NCBI GenBank assembly: GCA_004022145.1
Contig: RCNU01000003.1
DNA length: 64,000 bases
DNA from: Paecilomyces variotii
Taxonomy: Eukaryota
Reading direction: 5' to 3' (one strand)
Shown one piece after another: positions 37,272 to 50,574 of this stretch. Under the pieces are notes generated by a model. That model searched no databases. It was not told the origin of the DNA and saw only the letters and a list, made by a program, of their open reading frames with translations. Each line of letters begins with the position of its first letter. The first letter of the stretch is position 1. The translations under genes and the position numbers were made by a program.

Positions 37272-38572
37272 ATGCCCTTAGAAAGGATCTACTTGACCCG
37301 TCACGGTGTACGTGATGTTCCCTCCATAACGGCCCCAAATCCTGATAACTGATTCGCATTCCCCGCATTCATACAGCACCGCCTCAACTGGACCATAGAC
37401 TTGAAGACAGGAACATACCATGCACAATTTCCGACTCCAACTGGAAATCCGGCAGATCCAACCTTGACTTCTCACGGTGTACAACAATCCCGCGAACTTG
37501 CTGCACATTTGGTGAGTCCGCAATTCGAGCCAAAGCCATGTCGGGTCTACTGCAGCCCTTTCTATAGGTGCTTGCAGACAATACAACCTGGTGTGCAGGC
37601 TTTGAAAGAGTATTATAAGAACCAAGGTGGTGAGAATGATGTGGACTTGGATGTCAGAATCGAGAATGGTTTAGGGTGAGTATACTCCTTTTTCTTCGAT
37701 CTCATTACTACGCTCCGAAGTCACTAAAAGACCGCCGTCTGGATATGCATGAAAAGGCCCCGATCAATCATTCTAACAGCTAATAATATCCAGAGAATGG
37801 TTCGGAGCAAGTACATTCTTCGACCATCCATCCCCTGCCTCACCCTTGGCTCTTCGTTCTCATTTCCCGACTATCATGCATCCTAACCCAGACGAGCATT
37901 ACACCGCAACCGTCATCCCCTCAGGAAAAGGGGAGACGATTACTCAATTGCATGATCGCGTCGCAACCACATTGGCAGCTATAATCTCTGATCTTGACAA
38001 TGAGATCAATACCCTCGAAGCAAATCAACCGCCTGAGGCGCGGTCCAGCAAAGCTATCTTAATATGCTCTCATGCTGCACCACTTATTGCAATGGGACGG
38101 GCTTTGACTGGAAACATGCCAGAGGATCCCAATGAGGAGGATTTCAACGTATTCACTTCTTGCTTGAGTACTTTCGTAAGGAGGCAACAAAGTCCTTCCG
38201 ATATCTCGCAGCAAAATGAACGTCTTGCGCCGGGGACTAAAATAACACGACCCGAAGTCAAAGTCCCTGACTGGAGAGGAGGACGAGGAGTTGGTGGCGG
38301 ATGGGACTGTGTCTCGAATGGCGACTGCAGTTTTCTAAGCAATGGTGCAGAGAGAGGCTGGTCAGTATACCCCCCTTTCTATTTTCTCGTCTCTTTCCTG
38401 ATGTTCATCTTGTCATATAAACCCCTCGCATGTATAAGCAGACTATTTTAACAATCTACGCAGGCACTTCAACGGCGATGAATCGTTTGACACCGGCCCA
38501 ATGGCACCACCGACTGAACCACCTACCTTAAGTAACCAATACGCGGCGCCGCCACCATCCACAAAGCTATGA
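37272..38572 (+). CDS. Histidine phosphatase/phosphoglycerate-mutase family protein (Tfc7/tau55-like), 4 exons
   Basis: MPLERIYLTRHG|HRLNW (RHG motif), DPTLTSHGVQQS, YCSPFYRCLQT, ENGLG|EWF, CSHAAPLIA, NGDCSFLSNGAERGW|HF. Confidence 0.88.
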
Positions 38573-39301
38573 TAGGTTCATGGAGCTTCTACGGTCAGAA
38601 CGCAAGTATTGATTGAGTCTAATACTCTTTTGGGTCTCTTGTATCTAGCATTACCATTTTCGATGATCTTCTGACTGTTCTGCTACGATTATTTATATCT
38701 ATTCAATCCGACTTCAGAACGTAGAGGATTGCGAAACGATCACAGATACCTGAATGGCTTGTCAGATGGAATAAATCAGTGCTGTACCTTGGTGACACAG
38801 CGCTTTCACGTAGGAGACAGATTTCGTCGATTAGAACTACAGACACTGGTAGAACATCGATTATGATGCTTTCTGAGTTTAGGCGCTATTTCAGGAGCTG
38901 GTCAAGGAAGGACAATGGGTTTGAAGTTCTTTATTACGGTGTGTTGGCTGTTTGTGAGTAAAGCAGACCTGAAGTCAGGAAATACAGATATTGGTAAAAA
39001 GTAGAATCGAAACAAGGCTTCTGCGAAAGACAGCGTTGTTTATCTTTGGGGCGCATTAATGGCGAGAAACCTTTTACTATTGAGCATGTCCGCATTAATA
39101 TGATAGGATTACTATCAGCTTTCATGTTCAGTAACGAGTCAGACATGCTATAATCAGGTCCTATACAGAGGAATTGTCTTCCTGCCCAGCAACGCCGCAT
39201 CGTGATAAAGAGTCCTCGAAGTGAATATGTCGAAGGAAGAGAAAAAGAGACATCCCAACATGGGTTTTGTGAAAGTTTAAAGCAGTACAGACGCTAATGC
39301 C

Positions 39302-41381
39302 TCAGTGCACTTCGTCACCTTCATTGACGGGTATCCTTGTACGTTCATCGCTTGCATCGTTTGCCTCCAACTCAGGAGGATGCTGTTGGTTTTCTGGCTG
39401 GGGATCACCACCGGTCCCATCAGCCTCGGCATTCTCGAGACGCCTCTGCTCCTCTTCCCGCGCTCGTACCGCATTCAATGCAGCCTGAGCTTGGGCTGCA
39501 TTGCTCGCCTCAACCTGTCTCTCTCCAACGCCTGGAACCAAGCTCGCGAAGAACAGAGCTAAATACCTCTCTACCCTCCTTAATCGCTGTTGCATCCCAA
39601 CCGGCGGCACTCCAGGTGGGATTATTCCAGGTTCTGCCCCTGCGGCAGTAACATCATGCGCGCCTTCTGTCTGTATGCCTTGACTCTGCACTGGCGCATT
39701 GTCGCCATCCTGGCGTGGGGGTACAATGGGTTGGATCTGCGCATCACCTCCAACGTGAACTAGGCCTTCTAGATGTCTTTGAACTGGGGCGACCACGGCT
39801 TGCTGGAATTGTTGCGGAAGGCTCGTCTCCGAAAGAATAGAGATCAGAACAGCAAGGGTGACAAAGATGATGCGCGACCAGGTACCCGACTCGCTAAAGA
39901 GGTAGCAAAAGAAGTATAACCGGATGAACAGCCATGCACGCCTGGCATTTCGAGCGAGAGCGGCCTGTCGGTTTTGCTGTGCACGTTGTTGATTCAGTAG
40001 AGCATGTCGAACAGCGTTCTCCATCATGACTGCGCCCGGATTTCTCTGTGGCCTTCGACCTCGGGCCTGTCCCTGCACAGCCGATGGTCCTGACCTGGAC
40101 GTTTGAGACACACGGCGCGCAGCTAGCCAAGACTCTATTGTGGCTGCTCCGGCAGGAGAAGCTACCAATGAATGATGACCTGCGGGTGATGAAAGCAGAT
40201 AAAGCGGAGCCTGGCCCGTGTTCTGGGTTGTTGATATATTCACATCATTGCTCCTTGACTGCGAAACTCGAATACGATCGGCGCGCATGTATATGTTCAA
40301 CACGCGGGCAAGCAATGCTTCAATATGGCCATCTCTGGGAGCGACAGGATTCCGGAACTGATCATCTAGCAGGCCATACAACTCGGTCCTGGTCCTAGCT
40401 ATCAGGTCAACGGGCGGCGCCAGCCCTAAACCCAGCTGGCTTTCCATGTACGTAACTTGTTGCTGCAACCTCTGAAGCCTTGTTTGCATTGCTCCATTGG
40501 CTTGTGGTGATTGGACTTCGTTCGCTGCTGAAAGAGATGGATTGGCAGTTCCTTGTGGGGACCGGGTGTTTACCCCATAGGACTGTGTTGTGGTTGCTCC
40601 TGCGGCTGGGGCCGGTCGATGCAAGAGATTCGGATATTGTGGTGGCGGATGGAATGGTTGAGTAGTAAGCGGGTTGGCGAACTGGTAAGAGCGTCCTGTA
40701 GCAGTAGCTACATGGGGATTCTGCTGTCGTGGTTGCCACCTACTTTGCTCCTGCAATTCGATCTGTCGGCGCAGGGCCTCAATGTTCCGTCTTAGGGCCA
40801 CTTCTATATCTGACTCCTGTTGTGGAGATGGAGGGGAAAAGGGTCCTCGGAATCGAATATCTTGGGCTTGTTGCGCCTGAGCTTGAGACGTATAAGCTGT
40901 GGGGGACTGCAAAGGATTGGCATGACTTGAGGCGCTATATGGTTCTGGTACCGTGGAACTAGGGCCGGTGGGAAGAGTCGCAGTCGCAGAACTAATATCG
41001 GTCGGGGGAAGGACAAGATGTATTGAATGAATTGCAGCCTTGACTCGAAATAATCAGTTCACAGTTCGATGCAATGCAGAGACCGCAGGAAAATGGACTC
41101 ACCTCAGACGATTCTAGTATATCTTGCAAAACAGCATGATCATCGGAAAGAGGCTTGCCTCGATATATAAGCCTCTGCTTGTCAGCGCTAGGTCTATCCG
41201 GTATGCGCTCTGCGATGCGGGACTTGAGATCCGCGACGGTGATGGTCAGGGGAAGGCTCTCGAACGTGATGCGATTTGGCGGGTTCAGCGAAGGCGACAA
41301 TACTTGCAGCGCAATCGTCCGTGCAGGCTGCAAGGGCTCCACGGAAGTAGAGCCCTCAAGAGGGGCTCCCTCAGACGCCAT
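39302..41381 (-). CDS. N-terminal ubiquitin-like domain membrane protein (Usa1/HERP-like, possible ERAD factor), 2 exons
   Basis: UBL (LQVLSPS...TVADLKSRI...QRLIYRGKPL), Q/P-rich middle, TM pair (WLFIRLYFFCYLF...IIFVTLAVLISIL), and LFFASLVPGVGER. Confidence 0.7.
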
Positions 41382-42038
41382 TATTTGATGGGTTATCACA
41401 GCAGATTAGGTTGCTGGAGATGGCGGTTAGCGATTCAACAACTCATAGTTATGCGGCCGAAGAGGCAAGTTAACCGCACTCCGGAGAATCGGCAGTTCAA
41501 AGCTAAATGAGATTGCACCGTAGGTAACTGGTGGTATTAAAAAGATCGACACCCCAGGATATACTTGAAGACCTGCAGTGCACTCCGGAGGACAGCGCAA
41601 TAGATAGATAGGTAGTTATGTGGTGGTTAAGAGTGACGGTGGCCTCTCGGAGGCAATGGGCATCGAGAGCTGGCCAACCCCACCACTTGTATGACAAGCA
41701 CTGCACCGCAGCAAACACTCTCCAGTACCGCCCTTCTAGATGTGTCAAGACGCCATCAGCGTCTGTCAGCAATCATTTTGCTTGTATCACCAAGAGAAGA
41801 GATGCAGCTTCCATTGATGTCGCGCTCTCTCACGCGGATCAACAATGTTCCGGGCCTCCGATCACGGGTTGATCTGCCGGGCGGTGAGCGGTGACTTCAC
41901 TGCGCGTGCGGCCAAAAAGATCCAAGATTCTCAGATTCTCCAAACAACTTGTCCAGAGATTCACGGTAATCTGCCCTCTGTACAGCGGCTAATTGAGACA
42001 ATACACTGAAGTAGGAGCGGATGGAGTAGAGTGGCATC

Positions 42039-43661
42039 ATGGCCTTGCGCCTCTCCACCCATTCTGCCCTGTTCTACAGGCATGCTGTATCCCGTCGGGG
42101 TCTGGCGGCAACAGTGGTGCTGAGGAGCTCGCAGTACACGTTCAACCGCAGACAACTCTCTTCATCCAGGGCCCGAAATAACACCCAGCAGGAAAACCAG
42201 AAAGATGACCGCAAGGAGGGTGGCCAACCCGGTGGTAAAGAGTCGTTTAGCTCTAGATTGAGAACCGCTTGGGGGAACACCAAGATAGAATGGCGCCCCA
42301 TTCCAATCGCACTGGGCGTGGTCTTTCTGGGCCTTTTCCAATTCTACAAGATGAAACGAGCCGAAAGCGACAGGCAAGCAATCCAAGATCTCGAGGACGA
42401 GGAAAATAGAGTGATACCTCATCGCAAAAGGATCCGCCCAAGCGGGCCATGGCAGGTTCAAATCATGTCAACTTTGCCGCTCAAAGCTTTGTCACGTCTC
42501 TGGGGCCAGTTTAATGAGCTAGAGATACCATATCCTCTACGCGTTCCGGGCTTCAAATTATACTCCTGGATCTTTGGAGTCAATCTCGACGAGGTAGCGG
42601 AGTCAGATCTACACGCCTACCCAAATCTCGCTGCCTTCTTCTATCGCACACTAAAGCCAGGTGTGCGACCTATTGACAATGATCCTCGCGCTATCGTATC
42701 ACCTTCAGATGGCCGGGTGCTACAGTTCGGCTTGATCGAAAGAGGTGAGGTTGAGCAGGTCAAGGGCATGACGTATCGTTTGGAGGCTTTGTTGGGAGAC
42801 ACAACTCCCTCTGCAGTCGACTCGGACGCGAAACTCGATAACCAGGAGCCAGACCCTACAAATGTGGCAGCTGATGAAGAATTTGCGCGGATGAACGGTA
42901 TATCCTACACGTTGCCCACTCTGCTGTCGGGCGACAAGAAAGCGGAAGGCAAAAAGGAGCCATCCCTCGATGCTTCGACGACATCGAAAGAGAGTACGGG
43001 AGTGGAGGTCAAAAAGCAGCTTGATCTGGGTGATGGTACTCCATGGTACTCTCCGAAGCCCGCATCAGATACCGCTCTTCACTACGTCGTGATTTATCTC
43101 GCCCCCGGTGATTACCATCGCTTCCACTCACCCGTTTCCTGGGTTGTGGAAAGGCGTCGTCACTTCGCAGGGGAACTCTATTCCGTCTCACCATACCTTC
43201 AACGCACGCTTCCAGGACTCTTTACTTTGAATGAGCGCGTCGTGCTCCTCGGTCGCTGGCGCTGGGGTTTCTTCAGCTATACCCCTGTCGGTGCCACAAA
43301 TGTTGGCTCGATCAAGATTAACTTCGACTCTGAGCTGCGGACCAACAGTCTCACGACCGATACGGCTGCTGATCGTGCCGCTGCCGTCGCTGCAGAGCGT
43401 GGAGAGAGGTACTCTGGCTTCGCGGAAGCAACCTACAGGAACGCCAGCAAGATCCTGGGCGGCCATCCTTTGAAGCGGGGCGAGGAGATGGGCGGTTTCC
43501 AGCTGGGTAGCACCATCGTCCTCGTTTTTGAAGCACCGATCGGCGCGCGAAAGAGCTTCGATGCTGGCTGGACAGATGAACGGGAGGGAGGATGGACGTG
43601 GACCATCCAGCAGGGGCAGCGCGTGAAAGTCGGGGAGAAACTGGGATACGTTAATATCTAG
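42039..43661 (+). CDS. psd1: Mitochondrial phosphatidylserine decarboxylase proenzyme
   Basis: Presequence, VSPSDG, IYLAPGDYHRFHSP, GATNVGSI, and autocleavage motif FQLGSTIVL. Confidence 0.96.
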   Translation: MALRLSTHSALFYRHAVSRRGLAATVVLRSSQYTFNRRQLSSSRARNNTQQENQKDDRKEGGQPGGKESFSSRLRTAWGNTKIEWRPIPIALGVVFLGLFQFYKMKRAESDRQAIQDLEDEENRVIPHRKRIRPSGPWQVQIMSTLPLKALSRLWGQFNELEIPYPLRVPGFKLYSWIFGVNLDEVAESDLHAYPNLAAFFYRTLKPGVRPIDNDPRAIVSPSDGRVLQFGLIERGEVEQVKGMTYRLEALLGDTTPSAVDSDAKLDNQEPDPTNVAADEEFARMNGISYTLPTLLSGDKKAEGKKEPSLDASTTSKESTGVEVKKQLDLGDGTPWYSPKPASDTALHYVVIYLAPGDYHRFHSPVSWVVERRRHFAGELYSVSPYLQRTLPGLFTLNERVVLLGRWRWGFFSYTPVGATNVGSIKINFDSELRTNSLTTDTAADRAAAVAAERGERYSGFAEATYRNASKILGGHPLKRGEEMGGFQLGSTIVLVFEAPIGARKSFDAGWTDEREGGWTWTIQQGQRVKVGEKLGYVNI

Positions 43662-45210
43662 ACGAACTCTTCTCTTTCTATCTTTGACAAAATCTAGATT
43701 TGGCAAAAATATCGATCGACGGCTCGATAATGAAGGCTATGAAAGAAAAAAGGAACAAGAGGTCTTTTGCTTTTCATGTATCATCGTTATGCCTTTTTTA
43801 CATAATTTTTTAGACAGCCTTCAATGTACCATAGCATACGAGCAAGGCGTCGAGGCTTATTTCCTATAGTTTCCAGGAAAGACATCGGCTGTGACATCGG
43901 CTGTCCGCTTTACAAGGACACTTGAGAATACGATACCCGTTAATAAGCTTGGAATTATGCTAAGACGTAAGTTCTTTATTTACCCTTCTAAACAGCAGCT
44001 GTGGCGGCGTCATTTCGTTTCAGTTCGCTGTGAGAACGATCCCCGCAGGATGTCCTTTTGAAACCATTGATGTCCTTAACGAGCATCCCATGCTCATCTA
44101 CCAAGGGACATAATGTCGTTCTCTCATACAATCCGGGAGATTGAGGCTCAATATCGCCTTTTTCGTCCTTCTATTGCCCCGTCCTCATGCTTTTACTTTC
44201 CGGGAAGAAAACACTCGACCTTGTCGGACCCAATCAAGACAGCGAAGTTCTTGAAATACACATGTTTCTATCCCCAAGTCAATTTACATACGACGTATGG
44301 AGAAACCAGTTCCTTTTCTAGTCCTTCATAACTGTCTTCTCCATCTGTCCTATACATCACTGCGACCAACTACGTCGTCTTAAGACACGTCATTACCATA
44401 CACAAATCGGGAATTGTATTTATTCATGCGCTTCTATTTCTCCTAGGCGTTGAGTTGTGGAAGCTGGCAGAAGCGAGATGCAGAAGTTCACCAAGGTAGA
44501 CAGGTGAGATAGAGGCCTTTATAACACGCAATATATTTTCAATGATGGATAAAGAAGCCGAAGGAGTATATGCGTGGGTATCTAGTCCAATGGTATCGAG
44601 AGTTGCCAGGGGAGAGTAGATAAGCCTGTAGAGAACCCTGGAGTGATTGTTGGTACTTAGTCAGGTAGCAGAAATCACAAAGCATTTTAACTATAATATT
44701 TCGGTCATTTACATCCAAGTCTCAGACTTCGAGGTAACTATTGTACTGTACTTAGTTTGTCTGGCGGTCTGTCTGAGCAACCATACTAAATGTATGTATG
44801 TACAGTACATAGCTCCTAAACGCATGGATCTCTCATCCCTGTTTCAAAAGACCGATAGTGTTATTTAGGATCCAAAAGATCATGCAGCAGAGCTTTATAT
44901 AAATATCAAGCAGACCTTACCATAGAGATATCATCAACTGATTGTAGGGCACATATACCTCACGTGACGGTCCAGACTCTCTCCAACGCGGTGAGAGCTC
45001 AGAGCTAGTTAAGTATGCCGGAGTAAACATAAGATTGTAAAGCTACTACAGCAACAGCTTTTCCTTGTCATTGGGCAATATATCCACGAAACTACCCATT
45101 CAACCAATCTTCTGCTATGCTCTGATCTCAATTATATCTGGAATTGGATTGCCCAAGTCAAACCAAAAAAAGGTTAAATCCAGGGAAGGAATAAGAATAA
45201 CCGGACAATA

Positions 45211-46543
45211 ATGCCCCGCAATCCCATTCTGCGACGACCGCCTGATGGAAGATCACAACCGGCTCGGACACGATCTGATTTTCAGACGCCGTCTCCCAGA
45301 AATGCGGCGGATGTGATGCATACGCAGCTGGGCCAGTCACCGATTCCGTACGAAGCTGCCGCAGCTATGGATCCGCGTCGCGTTGCAGCTATGGCGCGAT
45401 TTCAGGCTGGTCAGGCGGAGGATACCGATCGGATAGAGGCGGAGGAAATGGAAGAGGAAGTTGATGAGGAGTTGGAAATGAATCCAGACGAACAGATGGG
45501 GCATGAAGTCGATCCAGATGGAGAGGGTGACATGGAAGGGGAGCGAGAGATCGGTGAGGAAGACGAGGATTTTGAAGGGCAAGAAGAGGATGAGGATGAG
45601 GAGATGCGGGATCGCAGTAAGTATTAATATGCAAACTCTCTGTCTGTGCAGGTCAATATCTCGTCGTGGGACTCGACGGTCTGGCCCTACATTACGAAGC
45701 TCCCGCTGACTGACTGACTGGCAACAAAAAGACCAGTCTCCCTCGCCATTACCACCCAATCTTCGCGAAATATCCTCTCTCGCTTCCTGGACCGTTTCAA
45801 CACATAAGCCCGGCTGCGGCGTCGCAGCACTACGGCATCCGTCTCCCTCACAATTCTGGCAATCAGACGGCCCACAACCACACACGTTGACATTACACTT
45901 CTTCAAACTTGTTGCCGTCGTCAAGATCAGAGTGTACCTAGACTTTGAACTCGATGAAAGTTACACACCGACGAAGATGGTATTTCTAGCGGGCATGGGA
46001 GGCAATGACTTAGTGGAGTTCGCTGCGTGGGAGGGCGAGGGACCCTGCGGCTGGGTTGATATTCCATTGGACGGTGTCGGAGGATCAACCGGTGGCTGGG
46101 GTGATGTTGCAAAGAAACGCAGACGGCGGAAGAACTTGCGCAGATCCAGAGGCCAGGATGACATTCTGAGCGACGGATCAGACGCAGGAGCAGGCGACGG
46201 CGACGACGACACTACAGAGTCAGACGATTCTGATGACCCCTCGTCGGGAAATATCCTCAAAGCTATGGTCCTCCAAGTCCGAATCTGCGAGAACCACCAA
46301 AACGGCAAAGACACACATGTTCGTGGTTTTCAGGTTTTCGCGCGTGACGAAGATCGGAGACGTGTGGCTGCAAGTGCAGCTGCTGCGGGTGCTCATTCAA
46401 GGAGACATAGCATGCGCAAGTCGCTCCGTGGCAGAAAGGACGCTGCGGATCATGACAGGCCGGAGAGCAGCCGCGGACTCGTTGGAGGGAAGGGGTTGGC
46501 TCTGGAAGATCCAGATTGGATGGGAGAGGCGGTTATTCGATAA
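45211..46543 (+). CDS. apc10: Anaphase-promoting complex subunit 10 (Doc1), 2 exons
   Basis: LREISSLASWTVSTHKPGCGV...FWQSDGPQPH...DESYTP...ENHQNGKDTHVRG and a C-terminal IR tail; acidic N-terminal exon. Confidence 0.93.
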
Positions 46544-46951
46544 AGCAACATGATCAAGGACGTTTATCCATTCTGCAGGGTATGGGCGTTTCGAATTATT
46601 TTCACTTTCACATGGTTATGAGCATCCTTTTAGCATTTGCATTTCATCCTTCGGGGCTTGAGGGGGCGCATGGTGCGAATCTGCGAAAGAAAAAAAACAG
46701 GGATGGACGGTTAAACGGCCGACTTTTATGGGATGGTTTATTTGCATATTTTTGTTTTGATACTTCTCTTTTGTTTTATGACGATACCCAGGTACTCCTA
46801 TACAATGTTTTATACAGATTTACGTTCCTTTTCTCCGTGTCAAATGGAGTATCTAAAATTGTGGATTTCGCATGTAGTAGTGCGTTGTGACCTTCATGTC
46901 ATTTATATTGGAAAGTATACACTTTGTCTGGAGGGGCGTATCACGGTTTCA

Positions 46952-46977
46952 TGCATATATATATATATATATATGCA
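46952..46977. repeat. (AT)n microsatellite forming a perfect palindrome between convergent 3' ends
   Basis: TGCA(TA)nTGCA. Confidence 0.85.
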
Positions 46978-47253
46978 CCTCGCAGAAATTCCTCCCTAGC
47001 CATCAGTTGATCCTCCGACACAGTCCAACGGAATATCAACCCAGCCTGCAGGGTTGCGCTGTTCGAATGAGAACATTCTAAATCAGAACTAGAAGTAGCG
47101 CATATCTTTGCTCCTGCCATCGACACGGCCTATTTGACGCATTGTAATTACTAGTTATTGCAGATCCATTTTTATCATCACATGGTATCTCTTTAATCTT
47201 TTTTTAATCGGTTAGGAGTATGGAATAGCCTTTCCAGTCTCGTTTGTTTTACT

Positions 47254-48758
47254 TCAGGAGCTTCTCCAACTCGGCAACGACGGCATCACCGACTTCCTGA
47301 GTGGTGGCCTTGCCTCCAATGTCGCCGGTGCGGACACCGGACTCGAGGACGTTGCGCACAGCTGTTTCAACGAGCTTGGCCTCAGCCTGGCGGCCGAGAG
47401 AGTACTGGAGGAGCATAGCGGTGGACAGGATGGCTGCGACGGGGTTGACAATGCCCTTGCCGGCGATGTCTGGGGCAGAGCCTGTGATTTCGTGTTAGTA
47501 TCTTGAAGGGCTTATAATATGGTAACGTTTGTGGGTACTTACCGTGGATAGGCTCGTAGATACCGTTGACCTTGCTCTTGCCGTCAGGGATACCGCTCAA
47601 ACTAGCGGAGGGCAGCAGACCCAGGGAGCCAGGGATGACGCTGGCCTCATCACTGATGATGTCTCCAAACAGGTTGCTCGTGACAATGATACCGTTCAGC
47701 TTACGGGGGTCCTTGATCATGAGCATGGCCGCGGAGTCGATCAGATGGTGTCCGTACTTCAGCTGAGGGAACTCCTTCTCCATGATTTCGGTCACAGTCT
47801 TGCGCCACAGACGGCTCGTAGCCAGGACGTTAGCCTTGTCCAAACTCCAGACAGGGAGAGGCGGGTCGTTCTGCAGGGCCAGGTGAGCAGCGAGACGGAC
47901 GATACGCTCGATCTCAGTGCGGGAGTACGGTTCAGTGTCCATAGCCTGACCGTCACCGTTGTCTTCTTTCCGGTCGCCGAAGTAGATACCACCGGTCAAT
48001 TCACGGATGATGTTGAAGTCGACGCCGCGGCAGACGTCAGCCTTGAGGGGAGAGATGTCGACGAGAGAGGGAGCAGCGAAGTTGCATGGTCGCAGGTTGC
48101 CGAAAGTGCCCATCTCCTTGCGCAGCTTAAGGATACCCTGCTCGGGGCGAACAGCACCAGTTCCCCATTTCTAACGTCGTCAGCTTTTGGTTACTTTGTT
48201 ACCAGATCCTGGGGCTAGTCCTCATAAGTAGATCTGAGCTAGAGAAGAGACAAGACATACCGGACCACCAACAGCACCCAGGAAGACAGCATCAGCGTTC
48301 TTCGCAGCGGTGAGAGCCTCATCCGTCAACGGAGAACCGGTCGCGTCAATTGAAGCCTATACGCGCAGATCATAAGAAATTGAGTCCTGTCCACATCCAC
48401 ATCGATAGGGGCTACTTACTCCACCGAGAAGGTGGTCTTGGAAGTTGAAGGTAATGTCCTCGCGGTGCTTCTCCACGGTACGGAGCACCTAATACACACG
48501 GCAGAAAGTTAGGAACTCGTTCTCGAACCACAGCTCGATTCCGTGAACTCATCGGAAGATATAGCCCATTAAAACCGTGTAAGAGATGATTCGACTGCAA
48601 TCTCACCTTCAGAGCCTCCGCAGTGACCTATGAGTTATGCGTTAGCCATTAACATACAGCTGATTACTCACGGGTCAGATAAAAGCTTGGAGAGGACAGA
48701 GACATACCTCAGGACCACAGTGGTCACCTGCAAACACGACAATGTTATAGGACGGCAT
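47254..48758 (-). CDS. leu2: 3-isopropylmalate dehydrogenase, 6 exons
   Basis: [24 protein letters not shown]|..., [55 protein letters not shown]. Confidence 0.97.
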
Positions 48759-48907
48759 TATGGATGAATATAGGACCTGGTCTATCTTTTCTTATAAGAA
48801 GACTCAAGGAGAAAAGCAGACTGAATAAGGACGTGAAATAATAAGATGGTCTCTCTCTTGCTGACGGGAAAGTTGCTGGCGGGGTCGGCACGCTGAGACC
48901 CCGCGCG

Positions 48908-48917
48908 CCGACACCGG
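48908..48917. promoter_or_regulatory. Putative Leu3/LeuB Zn2Cys6 binding site (CCG-N4-CGG)
   Basis: CCGACACCGG lies 150 bp upstream of the leu2 ATG. Confidence 0.55.
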
Positions 48918-49549
48918 AGCTCCAGGTTGCTGACCATTGACTTTGATCTCGGCTGGCCGCGGAGTTCAGGGGGTTTCATAGAATAACTAGTTAATGCGGT
49001 GGAAAGAGCTTGGAGATCATAATAATATAACTAACTAGCTGATGGCCTCTTCTATTATTACCGTCATGTTCAAGAAACAACCGGGAATTCTATATTTTGA
49101 CCACCACCAACCATGTACTACCTGCCGCCCTTATCCCGGCGTCCCAGCCCTGTCTACACAGAGACAAATATTACATACATTAGTGCAGAGAAAAAGACCA
49201 GATCGAAACTGCAACAAATCTGGTCCGCTGAAGAGAGGCAAAAAGCGCCGCTACTTGGACCATCGATGAAGGGGCCGTCACCTGAATCCACAGACGCTGT
49301 CCAAACGCCCACAACAAAGGAGTAAAAGAGAATGCAAGAACCAATGCGACCATGGTGAACCCCTTAACCAAGGCCTGTAACCCGAACTCCAGAGCTCGAG
49401 ATGTGATAGTCGGTTTTGCGTGGAGAAAGTCGCCGTGAGTGGAAGTTCCCACAAAGCGAAGAGTAGAACATGAAGTCAGACTCTTATGGCATCATCCTTA
49501 GCAGGGTCAATGGCTGGAGGACCTGTGTGCTCCGTGTCTGGAGACAGAC

Positions 49550-50574
49550 TTAAGTCGCCTTGACGGCGCGAGCAGCTTTCCGGTTGGCCAAATCGCCCTC
49601 CGCAAGCCACCTGCTAGCCTTGACCAACTGTACCACGTTGATAAATTGCTTAATAGCCATAACGGGTGCCGAGATACCAGTAATCACCCACGGCCAGAAG
49701 CTGTCCATCTTGTTGGCACGGGCCAACTCCAGAGCCCCAGCACTCCAAGGACTCGCGAACAGGCTGGTCGGGACCGGGTGCGCAGGATTTCCTGGCTGAG
49801 CAGACTGGCCCTGAGAAGCAGGAATTGGCTGCAGGAGAGATGGCGATAAGATGGGCGACGAAAAGGAAAGAAGATAGAGCCCGATGAAGAAGAGCTCGTT
49901 CAAGGCACAGCATATGAACAGTACAGTCTATACACATACAGTGTTAGCAAACCCCCCGGAGGACACCGGAGGCAACGAACATACCCTGCTGTGGTAATAT
50001 TGGTAAAGAATCCAGCTGCGGCTGGAATCAACCTTTTTGTGGCTTTGACCTGCGCCGCCCATGGACAAGGTAGCGTACATGTGCATGTAGTGACTGGCCA
50101 GATCCAAGCTAATCAGACCTTGGAACAGGATGGCCCATCGCGGCCAAGCGGAGCTCAGGAAGACGAGCAGACAGGCGGTCGTACAGCGATCCGTGACCAT
50201 ATCCAAGACCGCGCCGAATGTGGTGGACTGGTTGAAATGACGCGCCGCCACGCCATCCAGCGCGTCTAGTAGACACGATATACTGTATAGAAGGGAGCAG
50301 GTTCGGGGATGCAGGGGCATGTAGTAAAGTGAAGCTACGGCTAAAACGATTCGCGAGTAACCTAGTAGACAGTTAGGTCGCGTGTCAACAAAAGACCATA
50401 TTCTTTCCAGCACTTACCAATCACGTTCGGGTAGAAGAGGAAGACGTTCTCATCGGGCTCTTCTACAACGGTGGGGTCGTTCACCTCGTTGGAAATCAAT
50501 GCAGCATTACCACCGGGTGAGACGTCGATCTCGGCCGCAGCAGCAGCCTTCTGTCTTCTCGTGCGAGCGCTCAT
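49550..50574 (-). CDS. pis1: Phosphatidylinositol synthase (CDP-alcohol phosphotransferase), 3 exons
   Basis: NVFLFYPNVIG|YSRIV, LDALDGVAARHFNQSTTFGAVLDMVTDR, DLASHYMH, CALNELFF. Confidence 0.96.

Noticed and set aside
38561-38572. C-terminal TKL as a peroxisomal PTS1
   Set aside because: Non-canonical variant on a last exon inferred by eye, with no other support.
43881-43904. 12-bp tandem duplication GACATCGGCTGT x2 in the psd1 3' region
   Set aside because: Simple slippage duplication with no element between the copies.
45617-45731. Stwintron/recursive splice site in the apc10 intron (internal CAG|GT)
   Set aside because: The internal segment is only ~35 nt with no convincing branch site, and the donor (GTCAAT) is poor.
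47529-48218. Long antisense/alternate-frame ORFs (e.g. 229 aa opposite leu2; others opposite prx1, erg6, zuo1, slt11)
   Set aside because: Shadows of codon-biased genes on the other strand, with no motifs.
33944-50574. Lipid-biosynthesis cluster (erg6, psd1, pis1)
   Set aside because: The genes are interspersed with unrelated housekeeping genes and no shared motif was seen. Most likely ordinary linkage.
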